Positions 28,482 through 40,216 of a DNA stretch of 64,000 nucleotides are shown piece by piece; the stretch's first letter is position 1, and every line of letters begins with the position of its first letter. Below the pieces are notes generated by a model. The model was not told where the DNA came from. It worked only from the letters and a program-made list of their open reading frames with translations, and searched no databases. The position numbers and the translations under genes are program-made. This stretch comes from an uncultured Gammaproteobacteria bacterium (lineage in GTDB: Bacteria > Patescibacteriota > Patescibacteriia > Magasanikbacterales > UBA922): positions 19,553 through 83,552 of the forward strand of contig CAYSXR010000003.1 in the NCBI GenBank assembly GCA_964435035.1. Direction: 5' to 3'.

Positions 28482-28531
28482 CTATTTCAAATAAAAAGCT
28501 TTAAATTAAGGCTTTTTATTTTTGTTTGTTA

Positions 28532-28560
28532 TTGACAAAATACATTATTTGGAATATACT
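28532..28560 (+). promoter_or_regulatory. Sigma-70-like promoter TTGACA-17-TATACT upstream of the GC-rich lipoprotein gene.
   Basis: Consensus hexamers with a 17-bp spacer. Confidence 0.5.
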
Positions 28561-28623
28561 CTTGCAGCTTTGAGATAGGTATGTCTCGAGTAATCACGCG
28601 CAATCAGGGTAGGAGTTACCACC

Positions 28624-29436
28624 GTGTCTAAGTTTCCGTCACAGTTTCTCTGTTCCCTCATCTACTTCTTCTCGTTCAACCTGACCGGGTGCTATGACCC
28701 GCTACCCCTCGAGCAGTCTCGGCCATCGATGATCTCGATCGGGGGCTCGATCGATCCTGTGCCTTCTTCTTCAGAGAAAGGCATCATCAAGTCGGAGGAG
28801 TATGTCTTCGCCGAGACCAACGTGTCGGAGATGTTCCTCGAGACCATCACCGGCTCGAACTCGAAGGATGAGACCACCTGTCTCACCAAGGATTTCCTGG
28901 CTGTGTCTGAGGAACTCCCTCGAGGTCCTCTCGCGTGCGAAAAAGATGAGCTCGTGTACCGGGTCCGCATCATCAACTGCGGCTCGGGTAAGCTCACCCT
29001 CACGGCACTCAACTTCCTGTTTGAGATCCCCAAGATCATGAACGGCGAAGATGCAGAACGTCGACTCTTTGATGGTGAGCAGAAGCGTACTCAACGACTG
29101 CGCAGCATCAGTGTGTGCGACATGAACAACACGGACTGGTGCCGTGATGCTACGGTGGAACGTATCAACGGGAAGAGCGCACAAATCTCTGTTGCCCTGA
29201 ACGATGAAAAGGTTGTCGTTCTTGAGCCGAAGAAAGATTGGGTCTTCGACGTGAAGGCAACACGTCACTGCACCAGAACTACAACGAGCCTTCTGCGGCT
29301 GGACACCCGGCTCATCGAGGTAAAGGGTATGAATGATGCAGTCCAAGAGGACGAGAACATCGTTGGTGGGATTCTCAATCCGCGCCAGAAGAACGTGATC
29401 TCGGGGTGGGAATCTCCACCTGTCTATCGGCCCTGA
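28624..29436 (+). CDS. Foreign-origin putative lipoprotein (270 aa, GTG start) with a strongly GC3-biased coding sequence. Function unknown.
   Basis: AGGAG Shine-Dalgarno. Lipobox FSFNLTGC. Third-codon positions almost uniformly G/C, unlike the rest of the window. The overlapping minus-strand ORF 28771..29532 is a shadow frame. Confidence 0.6.
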   Translation: MSKFPSQFLCSLIYFFSFNLTGCYDPLPLEQSRPSMISIGGSIDPVPSSSEKGIIKSEEYVFAETNVSEMFLETITGSNSKDETTCLTKDFLAVSEELPRGPLACEKDELVYRVRIINCGSGKLTLTALNFLFEIPKIMNGEDAERRLFDGEQKRTQRLRSISVCDMNNTDWCRDATVERINGKSAQISVALNDEKVVVLEPKKDWVFDVKATRHCTRTTTSLLRLDTRLIEVKGMNDAVQEDENIVGGILNPRQKNVISGWESPPVYRP

Positions 29437-29602
29437 TATTAGCCAGTTCTTTACGGGGATGATCACCCGAGCAATTCCATGCTCGGTGCCGTTCATCAAG
29501 GAGACAACCAACCTGGTTCCCGCGCAACTCAAGTGCGGGAACCGGATGTCTAGTGAAAATCATGCGTTGGTTTTTAGTAAACATCTTGGAAATGAAAACA
29601 CA

Positions 29603-29715
29603 ATTATTCTAATTGTTCTAATTTCTAAATAAATTCAAAATTCAGTTGAGTTTTGAAATTTGTATTTGGTATTTTATTAGGTTAATTAGAATAATTAGAG
29701 CACTTAGGTCAATTA
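29603..29715. repeat. Inverted-repeat element, family B, copy 2.
   Basis: Shares ATTATTCTAATTGTTCTAATT and AGGTTAATTAGAATAATTAGA with copy 1 at 16822-16903. Confidence 0.45.
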
Positions 29716-29722
29716 TTTTTTT

Positions 29723-30001
29723 ATGAATCGCATCGACACACAATTTTTTGAACACATGCAGAATATTCCAGTCATCGATTTGCATGGTTTACGTGCTGAT
29801 GAAGTGCGGGAAACATTGAATTTTGAATTGAATAAACTAGTTGTGAATAAGTGCGATTTTTGTCGTGTTGTGCACGGGGTAGGGGAGGGAGTTTTGGCAC
29901 GTATTATTGAAGAGGAATTATCACAAAATCCCCTGGTTGAGGCATTTTTTCGTGACTCTCATGGGGGTTCGACAACGGTACGCTTTTATCCACACCGGTA
30001 A
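29723..30001 (+). CDS. Smr-domain protein (small MutS-related nuclease domain).
   Basis: VIDLHGLRADEVRETL ... VVHGVGEGVL motifs of the Smr domain. 92 aa. Confidence 0.55.
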   Translation: MNRIDTQFFEHMQNIPVIDLHGLRADEVRETLNFELNKLVVNKCDFCRVVHGVGEGVLARIIEEELSQNPLVEAFFRDSHGGSTTVRFYPHR

Positions 30002-30004
30002 AAC

Positions 30005-30033
30005 TTGACAGGGCATATAAAACCTTGTACTAT
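30005..30033 (+). promoter_or_regulatory. Strong sigma-70-like promoter TTGACA-17-TACTAT immediately after the Smr stop. Candidate rRNA promoter or sRNA promoter.
   Basis: Consensus -35 and near-consensus -10 with 17-bp spacing. About 420 bp upstream of the 23S 5' end. Confidence 0.5.
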
Positions 30034-30212
30034 GTGCGAGCGTGAACAAGTCCCGAGTTTTCTCGGACCATGTCCAAAAACACACGCAATTCAGTTTGGA
30101 CCTCTGGGTAACACAACTATCGTACTTCTACATCCTGAACACATGGTGTACACAAGATACAACTCGTTGTTACTCTAAGTATCCAAGCGGATATAAACAT
30201 GATCTATGTTTT

Positions 30213-30237
30213 GAACCGCTGACGCGGTTCTTTTTTT
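30213..30237 (+). terminator. Intrinsic-terminator-like hairpin plus U-run about 180 nt downstream of the promoter.
   Basis: GAACCGC-TGA-CGCGGTTC followed by TTTTTTT. Confidence 0.45.
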
Positions 30238-30451
30238 ATCAAAAAACTCTTACGACTTTTAGATCGCAGTCTGTACAATAAAAAATATTGCATAGACTGC
30301 GCGCCGAAAGGTACTCGCGATAAGTGATCATTACAATTGAACCAATGAAAGTAATAAAGCAAAATTGCGAATATTTCGGCTACGGTTGAAATACGCAATC
30401 TAATTGTAAGTTAGCATCTTTGAATATACATGAAACACAATTGCGTGTTTC

Positions 30452-33812
<3,361 letters not shown>

Positions 33813-33884
33813 ACACAGAGTTGTGTTTCGAAGAATGCTACTGCAATTAATGCTTGTTACTTCAAAATTATAACTGAGTATAGA

Positions 33885-33996
33885 ATCTAGGTGCTTTTTG
33901 CGAAGGGGGTCCACCCGTTCCCATCCCGAACACGGTAGTTAAGCCCTTCAGCGCCAATGGTAGTCGCAAGGCGAGAGTAGGTCGGCGCCTAGATTC
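33885..33996 (+). rRNA. rrf: 5S ribosomal RNA.
   Basis: CCACCCGTTCCCATCCCGAACACGGTAGTTAAGC...GCCAATGGTAGT...GAGAGTAGG core. Terminal helix ATCTAGGTGC/GGCGCCTAGAT. Followed by T-run and hairpin terminators. Confidence 0.85.
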
Positions 33997-34048
33997 TGTA
34001 CTCAGTTTTTTGTTTGTCAAAAAAACCGCTTAATTAGCGGTTTTTGTA

Positions 34049-34077
34049 TTGACAAACATGAGAATACCTTATATACT
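34049..34077 (+). promoter_or_regulatory. Sigma-70-like promoter TTGACA-17-TATACT downstream of the 5S gene.
   Basis: Consensus hexamers. Drives the GC-rich transcript 34087-34580. Confidence 0.45.
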
Positions 34078-34115
34078 CTCGACTCTGTGCGACAACTGTA
34101 AATAAGGGGTAGTCT

Positions 34116-34403
34116 GTGAAGTGTCACATTGAAGCTCTGATTTCGCTCATTCTTACCCGCTCGCTTGATGAGGCTGATGCCTATCGACGTGTCAAAATCG
34201 CCAATTCGCCTACTGTCCCTGATGGGATCAAGTATGTGTCGAGTCCTGAAGTGCGATTTACTGACGGGGGGCGTGTCCGTACGGCGAAGTTCCAGTGCAA
34301 AGATCCATATGACCGGGCAAAGATCCATACTCTCGAGGTAGTGGTGGGAGTGGAGAATCCGATCAAAAAGGATTCCACTGATCATGCTTTGTGCGGGAGG
34401 TAA
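34116..34403 (+). CDS. Candidate small protein (95 aa, GTG start) in a GC-elevated segment with its own promoter and terminator.
   Basis: AAGGGG Shine-Dalgarno 8 nt upstream. Terminator hairpin AGCCCGACATC...GATCGGGCT plus T-run at 34539-34580. No homolog recognised. The overlapping minus-strand ORF 34017..34622 looks spurious. Confidence 0.3.
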   Translation: MKCHIEALISLILTRSLDEADAYRRVKIANSPTVPDGIKYVSSPEVRFTDGGRVRTAKFQCKDPYDRAKIHTLEVVVGVENPIKKDSTDHALCGR

Positions 34404-34593
34404 CTTCTCATGGTTGGGCATTCGATGCCCGACTTTACTGAAAGGATCTGTCTTAGTGTCCATCGAGCTGTGTTCCAACGTCCGTCGCGTGTCGCTATAC
34501 AGGCGATTGTCTGAACGATCCACCCGTTCAAACGAAATAGCCCGACATCTTTTACTAGATGATCGGGCTTTATGTTTTTTATGGTGAGTAGAT

Positions 34594-35121
34594 TTATCTT
34601 TGTAATTGTATCGTCTCAGCAATCTCCCAATTTTTTGTTTCCAACTCCTTCATGATTATAATTTCGTCTATAGGATACGTTAGTGGAAGATTGGGCTTAA
34701 GTACTGTGCAGATTTCATTGTACACTTCAGAAAATACTGTTTGATCTGGTACTTTTGCAATAGTTAGGTGTGGGGTAGGATTTTGAAATTCTCCATTGTA
34801 TGGTTTGCATTCAGGAAAAGCGTCGAAGATTTTTTTCATGATTTTTTGTATCATCTCTACATTTTTACAGGCTAAAAAAATGGTACCATTTTGAAAATAT
34901 TCTATTTTATCAAATGTAACAGAGAATGATTTAGTGTCTTTTAGTATTGTTTTTAAGGTTTCAATATCATTAGATTGTATCGGAGGATTTTTCCATGGCC
35001 ACAGTAGCGTTATGTGCGGTGGAATTCCTTTTTGAGCAGTTTCTAATTTTGAATGCCATGGCGAAATAAGCTTCTTTAATTCTCTAAAATGTAGATCAAT
35101 AGAGCTTTGTAATTTTTCCAT
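34594..35121 (-). CDS. 2H-phosphoesterase superfamily protein (LigT / RNA 2',3'-cyclic phosphodiesterase-like).
   Basis: Two H-x-T-x motifs (PHITLL and PHLTIA). 175 aa. Confidence 0.6.
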   Translation of the reverse strand: MEKLQSSIDLHFRELKKLISPWHSKLETAQKGIPPHITLLWPWKNPPIQSNDIETLKTILKDTKSFSVTFDKIEYFQNGTIFLACKNVEMIQKIMKKIFDAFPECKPYNGEFQNPTPHLTIAKVPDQTVFSEVYNEICTVLKPNLPLTYPIDEIIIMKELETKNWEIAETIQLQR

Positions 35122-35123
35122 AT

Positions 35124-35777
35124 TTATTTTTTATATCTGATCTTCATGATCGAAGCATTATCTGCTTCCCCGAATGCTGCTGCGTGTATTGCGTAGAGAT
35201 ATTCATCAATTGCATAGGCGTGTTGTCCTCCTGTTGTATCTGCTGCTGGATCATTGATATGGATTTTCTCCGTGTCTATTCCAGTAATCACATTAAAGTG
35301 TGAGTTAAAGCTTACATATTTGGTGGATAAAACACTTGAAGTGAGTTGTGCAAGCAGAGGTCTTTTATTTTTTATTTCTTCTTTAATGTCTTTTACATTT
35401 GGAACATGTACAGTCAATTTTCCTCCAGCTTCTATGAACTTAATAAAGAATTCAACACATCTTTTCATTTCTGATTTCTTTATTATTTCGTATTTCTTTA
35501 TTAGGTGTGAAAGTATTTTATTTTTGTCTGCGTTTTTGAATGATACGTTGAAGAGATGAGGATTCATGGTAACGATTTCTACGTCGAAATTTTGTGACAA
35601 GAAATAGCTTCCAAGCTGGGGCATATAGGTCCCTACATTTTTAAATACCTCTATATCTTTCTTAATTTCTTCAATAGATTTTTTGACTCCGTAATATTTC
35701 AAAACCATTGCAATACATGCAACTCCGCAATCGCTTGAGCCTTTTTCTTGTCGTATGAGAGGTACTGGGAGGTTCAT
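35124..35777 (-). CDS. Papain-like cysteine peptidase, C39-like domain protein.
   Basis: N-terminal Q...SDCGVACIAMVLKYYG catalytic Cys context typical of C39 / Peptidase_C39_2. Confidence 0.5.
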   Translation of the reverse strand: MNLPVPLIRQEKGSSDCGVACIAMVLKYYGVKKSIEEIKKDIEVFKNVGTYMPQLGSYFLSQNFDVEIVTMNPHLFNVSFKNADKNKILSHLIKKYEIIKKSEMKRCVEFFIKFIEAGGKLTVHVPNVKDIKEEIKNKRPLLAQLTSSVLSTKYVSFNSHFNVITGIDTEKIHINDPAADTTGGQHAYAIDEYLYAIHAAAFGEADNASIMKIRYKK

Positions 35778-35838
35778 ATTTTAAAAGGATTAAAATCAGT
35801 CGCCAGGACATTTACTATTGGAAATTTTTCCATATTTT

Positions 35839-36618
35839 TTACTTTTGCGTTTTTACTTTTAACTTTCTATATAGCCACCATCCGCTCCATACAACGAAAG
35901 GAATACTAAGCATCTGACCAGTGGTGAGAAAGAAACCTTCGAGGTTATGGGGTTCTTTGGTAAATTCGAGTAGAAATCTGGTAGTAAAATAAGTTACAAG
36001 GAAAAAGTAGAAGGTCAAAAGACGAGAGTGGTTTGGTTGTATTTTTTTGTATACATATAATGTTATACCGAAGATAATAAAGCAGGTAAGTGCCTCATAC
36101 AGTTGTTGCGGATGACGCATAATTACTTGAGAATCAACTCTGGCAAAATATACGCCCCATGGAATACTCGTTGCTTTTCCAATGATTTCTGAGTTAAAAA
36201 AATTTCCCATTCTGATACATCCAGCGAGAAGGGGGATGGGCACTACCATGAGATCGAGATAATTTTTTAGGTCTACTTTTTTTATCCTCTGATAGATCCA
36301 GGCAGTAAGAAGTAGTCCAATAGTGAGGCCATGACTCGAGAGTCCACCGTGATTGATAAATATTATTTCGCTAGGATGAGCCAAAAAATAGGGTAAATTG
36401 TAAAATAGGATGTGTCCGAGACGCGCACCAATAAGCCCTCCGATAATGAGCCAGACTGAAAGATCATAGATAGTGTTCAATTTTTCTTTCTCATTTTTGG
36501 TAAGCCAATAATACGTGACAAGACATGCGAGGACTCCAATCCCGAGCATGAGTCCATACCAACGAATCGTGAATGGTCCGAATTCAGCGAGTATTGGGTT
36601 GAGGTTATTGATGAACAT
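35839..36618 (-). CDS. lgt: Prolipoprotein diacylglyceryl transferase.
   Basis: Lgt signature RHPQQLYEAL and HGGLSSHG. Polytopic membrane protein. Confidence 0.85.
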   Translation of the reverse strand: MFINNLNPILAEFGPFTIRWYGLMLGIGVLACLVTYYWLTKNEKEKLNTIYDLSVWLIIGGLIGARLGHILFYNLPYFLAHPSEIIFINHGGLSSHGLTIGLLLTAWIYQRIKKVDLKNYLDLMVVPIPLLAGCIRMGNFFNSEIIGKATSIPWGVYFARVDSQVIMRHPQQLYEALTCFIIFGITLYVYKKIQPNHSRLLTFYFFLVTYFTTRFLLEFTKEPHNLEGFFLTTGQMLSIPFVVWSGWWLYRKLKVKTQK

Positions 36619-36654
36619 ATTTCAAATTCAAAACTAAAAATTCAAAACTCAAAA

Positions 36655-37482
36655 CTACAATTTAAATCTTATAAATTTTTGTAGTATGGTGAATATTGCA
36701 AAAATGGCAGAGCCAACGAGAATAATCAATGCGCCAGATGGTAGATCTAGATAATATGACAATACGAGTCCTGTGATGGTCATGGTGAGTGCAATTATCA
36801 TTGCGATTTTTTGGAATGATGAGAATGATGGTGCAATTAATTTTGCAGCAGCACTGGGGGTAACAATAAGTGCGCTAACGAGAATAATACCCACAAGTTT
36901 TACACTCGCGATAATTGCAAGTGTGGTCATGATATAGAAGACGAGGTCATATCGAGCAGGTGAGATTCCTGAGAGGTATGCTCCGTCTTTGTCGAAAGTG
37001 ATAAAGGTCATTTGGCGATTGAATATCGAGAGAAGCAGGAGCACTCCCACACCTACTCCACCAATAGTCCAGAGATCGACGGTGTTGATTGCGAGGATAT
37101 TTCCAAATAAGTAGCTCATCAGCTCAGGCTGGTATCCTTCGTGAAAATGCATGAGGATGATACCTACTGCCATAGAAGTCGTGAAGAGAAGTCCAATCGT
37201 AGTATCTTGGCTTAGATCTGTTTTCCGTTCGATGAAGAATAGGATAATCGCGAGCATGACTCCAAACACTAGTGCCGTAGGTAGTGGGGCGATTCCTAGG
37301 ATGATGGCGAGGGCGATTCCCCCAAGAGAAGCATGTGCAATTCCGTCTCCAATAAAGCTCATTTTTCGGGATACAAGGAATGTTCCAATCCAGCCCAATA
37401 CCAAGGAAATCATGATTCCAGATAAGAGTGCACGTTGCATGAAGGGGTATGAGAGTAGTTCAAGCATATGGTATTTCGTCAT
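36655..37482 (-). CDS. znuB: Metal (zinc/manganese) ABC transporter permease, ABC-3 family.
   Basis: ABC-3 permease topology and conserved DPEL-type region. Operon with znuC and zur. Confidence 0.8.
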   Translation of the reverse strand: MTKYHMLELLSYPFMQRALLSGIMISLVLGWIGTFLVSRKMSFIGDGIAHASLGGIALAIILGIAPLPTALVFGVMLAIILFFIERKTDLSQDTTIGLLFTTSMAVGIILMHFHEGYQPELMSYLFGNILAINTVDLWTIGGVGVGVLLLLSIFNRQMTFITFDKDGAYLSGISPARYDLVFYIMTTLAIIASVKLVGIILVSALIVTPSAAAKLIAPSFSSFQKIAMIIALTMTITGLVLSYYLDLPSGALIILVGSAIFAIFTILQKFIRFKL

Positions 37483-37542
37483 CCCCGTGAAAACGGGGAT
37501 CTTAGTTTGTCTCTAGATTCCCGCTTTCGCGGGAATGACGTT

Positions 37543-38283
37543 TTAAGAATGATTATGTGTATGTTGGTACACTCCTGCATCTGTTCCGTAGAGTTGCTTC
37601 AGTACTTCAGGTGTAATAGTTGAAGAGGGGGTTCCTTGGCAGATTTTTTTCTTATTGAGGCAGATTACTGAATCTGCAAATCGGTGCACGATTGCGACAT
37701 CATGGGAAATGATAATACACGTGGTTCCATGTTCATCGTGAAGGCGCTCGATCAATTCATAGAGACTGTGTTCTCCTTCGATATCAATTCCTGCTGAGGG
37801 TTCGTCTAATACGAGAATATCTTTTTCATGGAATATTGCGCGTGCAATTAGTGCTCGTTGGAATTGCCCTCCAGAGAGAGTTCCAATTTTTTGGTTGATT
37901 TGGTTTTTGAGTCCGACTTCTTTCAGTACTTGGGCAATATTTTTGTATCGATGTTTCTGGTCTTTGCATTGGTAAGTTTTGAGGAATTCATTAACTGTAA
38001 TAGGGAGAGTTCGGTCAAACTGTAGGTGTTGAGGTACATACCCGATGTGGGTACGCATTTCAGACGGCTTTTTGCCTTCAATAGTGATGGTTCCTACAGT
38101 CGGGGAGAGAAGTCCAAGTATTCCTCGAATGAGTGTGGTTTTTCCTGAGCCATTGGGTCCTATTATTGCTGTAATTGACCCTTTTTCTATACCACAGGAC
38201 ACATTATCAAGCACGACTACCTCATTGTAGCGGTGACTTACTCCTTTTACTTCAATATAGGGTGTTATACTTTGTTTTTGCAT
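37543..38283 (-). CDS. znuC: Metal ABC transporter ATP-binding protein. Start trimmed to MQKQSITPYIEVKGV.
   Basis: Walker A GPNGSGKTTL, signature LSGGQFQR, Walker B ILVLDEPSAGID. Confidence 0.85.
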   Translation of the reverse strand: MQKQSITPYIEVKGVSHRYNEVVVLDNVSCGIEKGSITAIIGPNGSGKTTLIRGILGLLSPTVGTITIEGKKPSEMRTHIGYVPQHLQFDRTLPITVNEFLKTYQCKDQKHRYKNIAQVLKEVGLKNQINQKIGTLSGGQFQRALIARAIFHEKDILVLDEPSAGIDIEGEHSLYELIERLHDEHGTTCIIISHDVAIVHRFADSVICLNKKKICQGTPSSTITPEVLKQLYGTDAGVYQHTHNHS

Positions 38284-38666
38284 ACGGTACAGAGTCCAGT
38301 GAGTATAAATGAGTGGCGAACTTTCGAAAAACCTGGAATTTTTGGTAATTCTTCGTGAATGCATCCAACACATTTTGTTTTTTTGCAGTGTGTACAGATG
38401 ATGTGATGGTGGTGATCCTCGTCTCCATTTTTTTCGTAAAATTGTTGACCATCAATATTCACCACTGGATTAATGAGCTCCAATTCTTTTAGAGTGTCGA
38501 GTGTTCGATAAATTGACACTCGGTCTACGGTGGTGAGTTTGCGTGCCATGGTAATCGCACAAAATAATCCTTCTTGTTTTATGAGATACTCGGTGATCAC
38601 TCGGCGGGGGGTAGTTGCTTTGTGGTTGTGCTTTACTAGTTCGTCTAGTAGCCAATTTTGTTTCAT
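38265..38666 (-). CDS. zur: Fur-family metalloregulator, likely Zur. Start trimmed to MKQNWLLDEL.
   Basis: Winged-helix N-domain, HHHH run, and CTHCKK...CVGC / CTVC metal sites. Overlaps the znuC start by 19 nt. Confidence 0.75.
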   Translation of the reverse strand: MKQNWLLDELVKHNHKATTPRRVITEYLIKQEGLFCAITMARKLTTVDRVSIYRTLDTLKELELINPVVNIDGQQFYEKNGDEDHHHHIICTHCKKTKCVGCIHEELPKIPGFSKVRHSFILTGLCTVCKNKV

Positions 38667-38804
38667 AGCGTAATTGCAAATGTTGTTGCAAGTATAGCAG
38701 GAATAGGCAATAAAGCAACTGTTTATCCACAGCAATCTATTTGCAATTGAGAATGAATTGCATTATTATAGGCTAGTCGAATAGTTATCTAATCCTTTAC
38801 TAAT

Positions 38805-39722
38805 ATGCATAAGATACGTATTTTTTTATTTTTTGTGGTAACCATTTTGTTCGTTGGCGCGGGTTGTAATATCACTGCTTCCAATAAGCCAAAAGTTGCT
38901 GCAACTATTTTTCCTATTTATGATCTCGTTAGAATTATTGGTGGTGAAGATGTTGAAACGGTACTAATTGTTCCTGCTGGAGCAAGTCCACATACGTTTG
39001 AGCCTACACCATCTTTAATCAAGGAACTTAAAAACACGTCGCGTATTTTTCAGATTGGTCATGGACTTGATTCGTGGGTTTCATCAATTGTCACTTCTAT
39101 TCCCGATGCTCACACCATTACTCTTGATCGAAATGTTCAATTATATCCTACGGCTGAATTTGATGGTCATGAACATAAAGAAGAGGGTGGAGATGTGGAA
39201 GAAGATCATGAACATGGACCGGTTGATCCACATTATTGGATGGATCCCACGAATGCGTATACCATGGTTGATACTATTGTTGAGGAACTCACCCTTATTA
39301 GCCCTGACCATTCTGAAGACTTCGCACTTCGCGCAAAAAATTTCAAAGATGAACTTGAGCGTAGAGATTGGGAATGGTTGAAGATGATGAAAGGATTGCA
39401 AAACAAAAAACTAGTTACGTTTCATGATGCATTTCAATATTTCGCACGTCGCTTTCAGCTCGAGATTGTTGCAACATTTGAACCATTTCCTGGACGTGAA
39501 CCAACACCACAATATCTTATTGATTTGAAAGAAGAAGTTGATGAACATGGGGTAAAAACTTTGTATATTGAACCACAACTATCAGCGGCAGCAATCGAAA
39601 CATTTGCTCGCGATAATGGACTTACGATTGCTACTCTTGATCCTGAAGGGTCGGAGGATCATACCACGTATCTCGACATGATTGGTTATAACGTACAGAC
39701 AATTTTAGAGAACCAGCAATAA
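38805..39722 (+). CDS. znuA: Zinc ABC transporter substrate-binding lipoprotein with a His/acidic-rich loop.
   Basis: Lipobox LFVGAGC. ZnuA/TroA cluster-9 SBP fold motifs. His-rich loop DGHEHKEEGGDVEEDHEHGPVDPHYW. Transcribed divergently from zur-znuCB. Confidence 0.85.
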   Translation: MHKIRIFLFFVVTILFVGAGCNITASNKPKVAATIFPIYDLVRIIGGEDVETVLIVPAGASPHTFEPTPSLIKELKNTSRIFQIGHGLDSWVSSIVTSIPDAHTITLDRNVQLYPTAEFDGHEHKEEGGDVEEDHEHGPVDPHYWMDPTNAYTMVDTIVEELTLISPDHSEDFALRAKNFKDELERRDWEWLKMMKGLQNKKLVTFHDAFQYFARRFQLEIVATFEPFPGREPTPQYLIDLKEEVDEHGVKTLYIEPQLSAAAIETFARDNGLTIATLDPEGSEDHTTYLDMIGYNVQTILENQQ

Positions 39723-39885
39723 GTTTATAAGCAGGTAAGTAATAAGCAAAATACACATTTTGCTTATTTGCTTATAGCTTATTTTGCTTACCAGCTTCGT
39801 GATTATTATCCACATCTAGGGAGGGCTTGCAAAGTTCAGTCAGTGTGGTATATTGTAACCCGCTTTGATTATTTAAAATTTTCTT

Positions 39886-40152
39886 ATGTCTGATTTTCAA
39901 TACGACACCGTCAAAACCGCTATCCTTGATCATGTTCGAGAAACGTTCGAAGAAATCGAAGATGGACTAGCTCGGTCGCATGAAGAGAAGTACGCACTTC
40001 TCGAAGATGCCCTCGAAAATGCATCTGATGTCGATGAATTGAAAGTCGCTTTTGAACAATGGTTTGCCGATCATTCTGACGAGCTTCAGTTGGAGTATGA
40101 GTTGGATGAAATGTGGGCACATGCTATTGCGCGTGTCGAAGATGTTGAATAA
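39886..40152 (+). CDS. Hypothetical small acidic protein (88 aa).
   Basis: No motif recognised. pI clearly acidic. Confidence 0.4.
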   Translation: MSDFQYDTVKTAILDHVRETFEEIEDGLARSHEEKYALLEDALENASDVDELKVAFEQWFADHSDELQLEYELDEMWAHAIARVEDVE

Positions 40153-40216
40153 TATTGCACATTTTATTTTGTAGAAAATGATAAAAAATGATAGTATATA
40201 CGTACTATCTTTTTTT

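Noticed and set aside
28771-29532. 253-aa minus-strand ORF overlapping the GC-rich island gene.
   Set aside because: Its third codon positions coincide with first positions of the plus-strand frame. The plus frame carries the strong GC3 signal, a Shine-Dalgarno, a lipobox and a promoter. The minus ORF is a typical shadow frame of GC-rich DNA.
34017-34622. 201-aa minus-strand ORF downstream of the 5S gene.
   Set aside because: Highly basic low-complexity translation. It overlaps the better-supported plus-strand small ORF, which has a promoter, RBS and terminator. Likely spurious.
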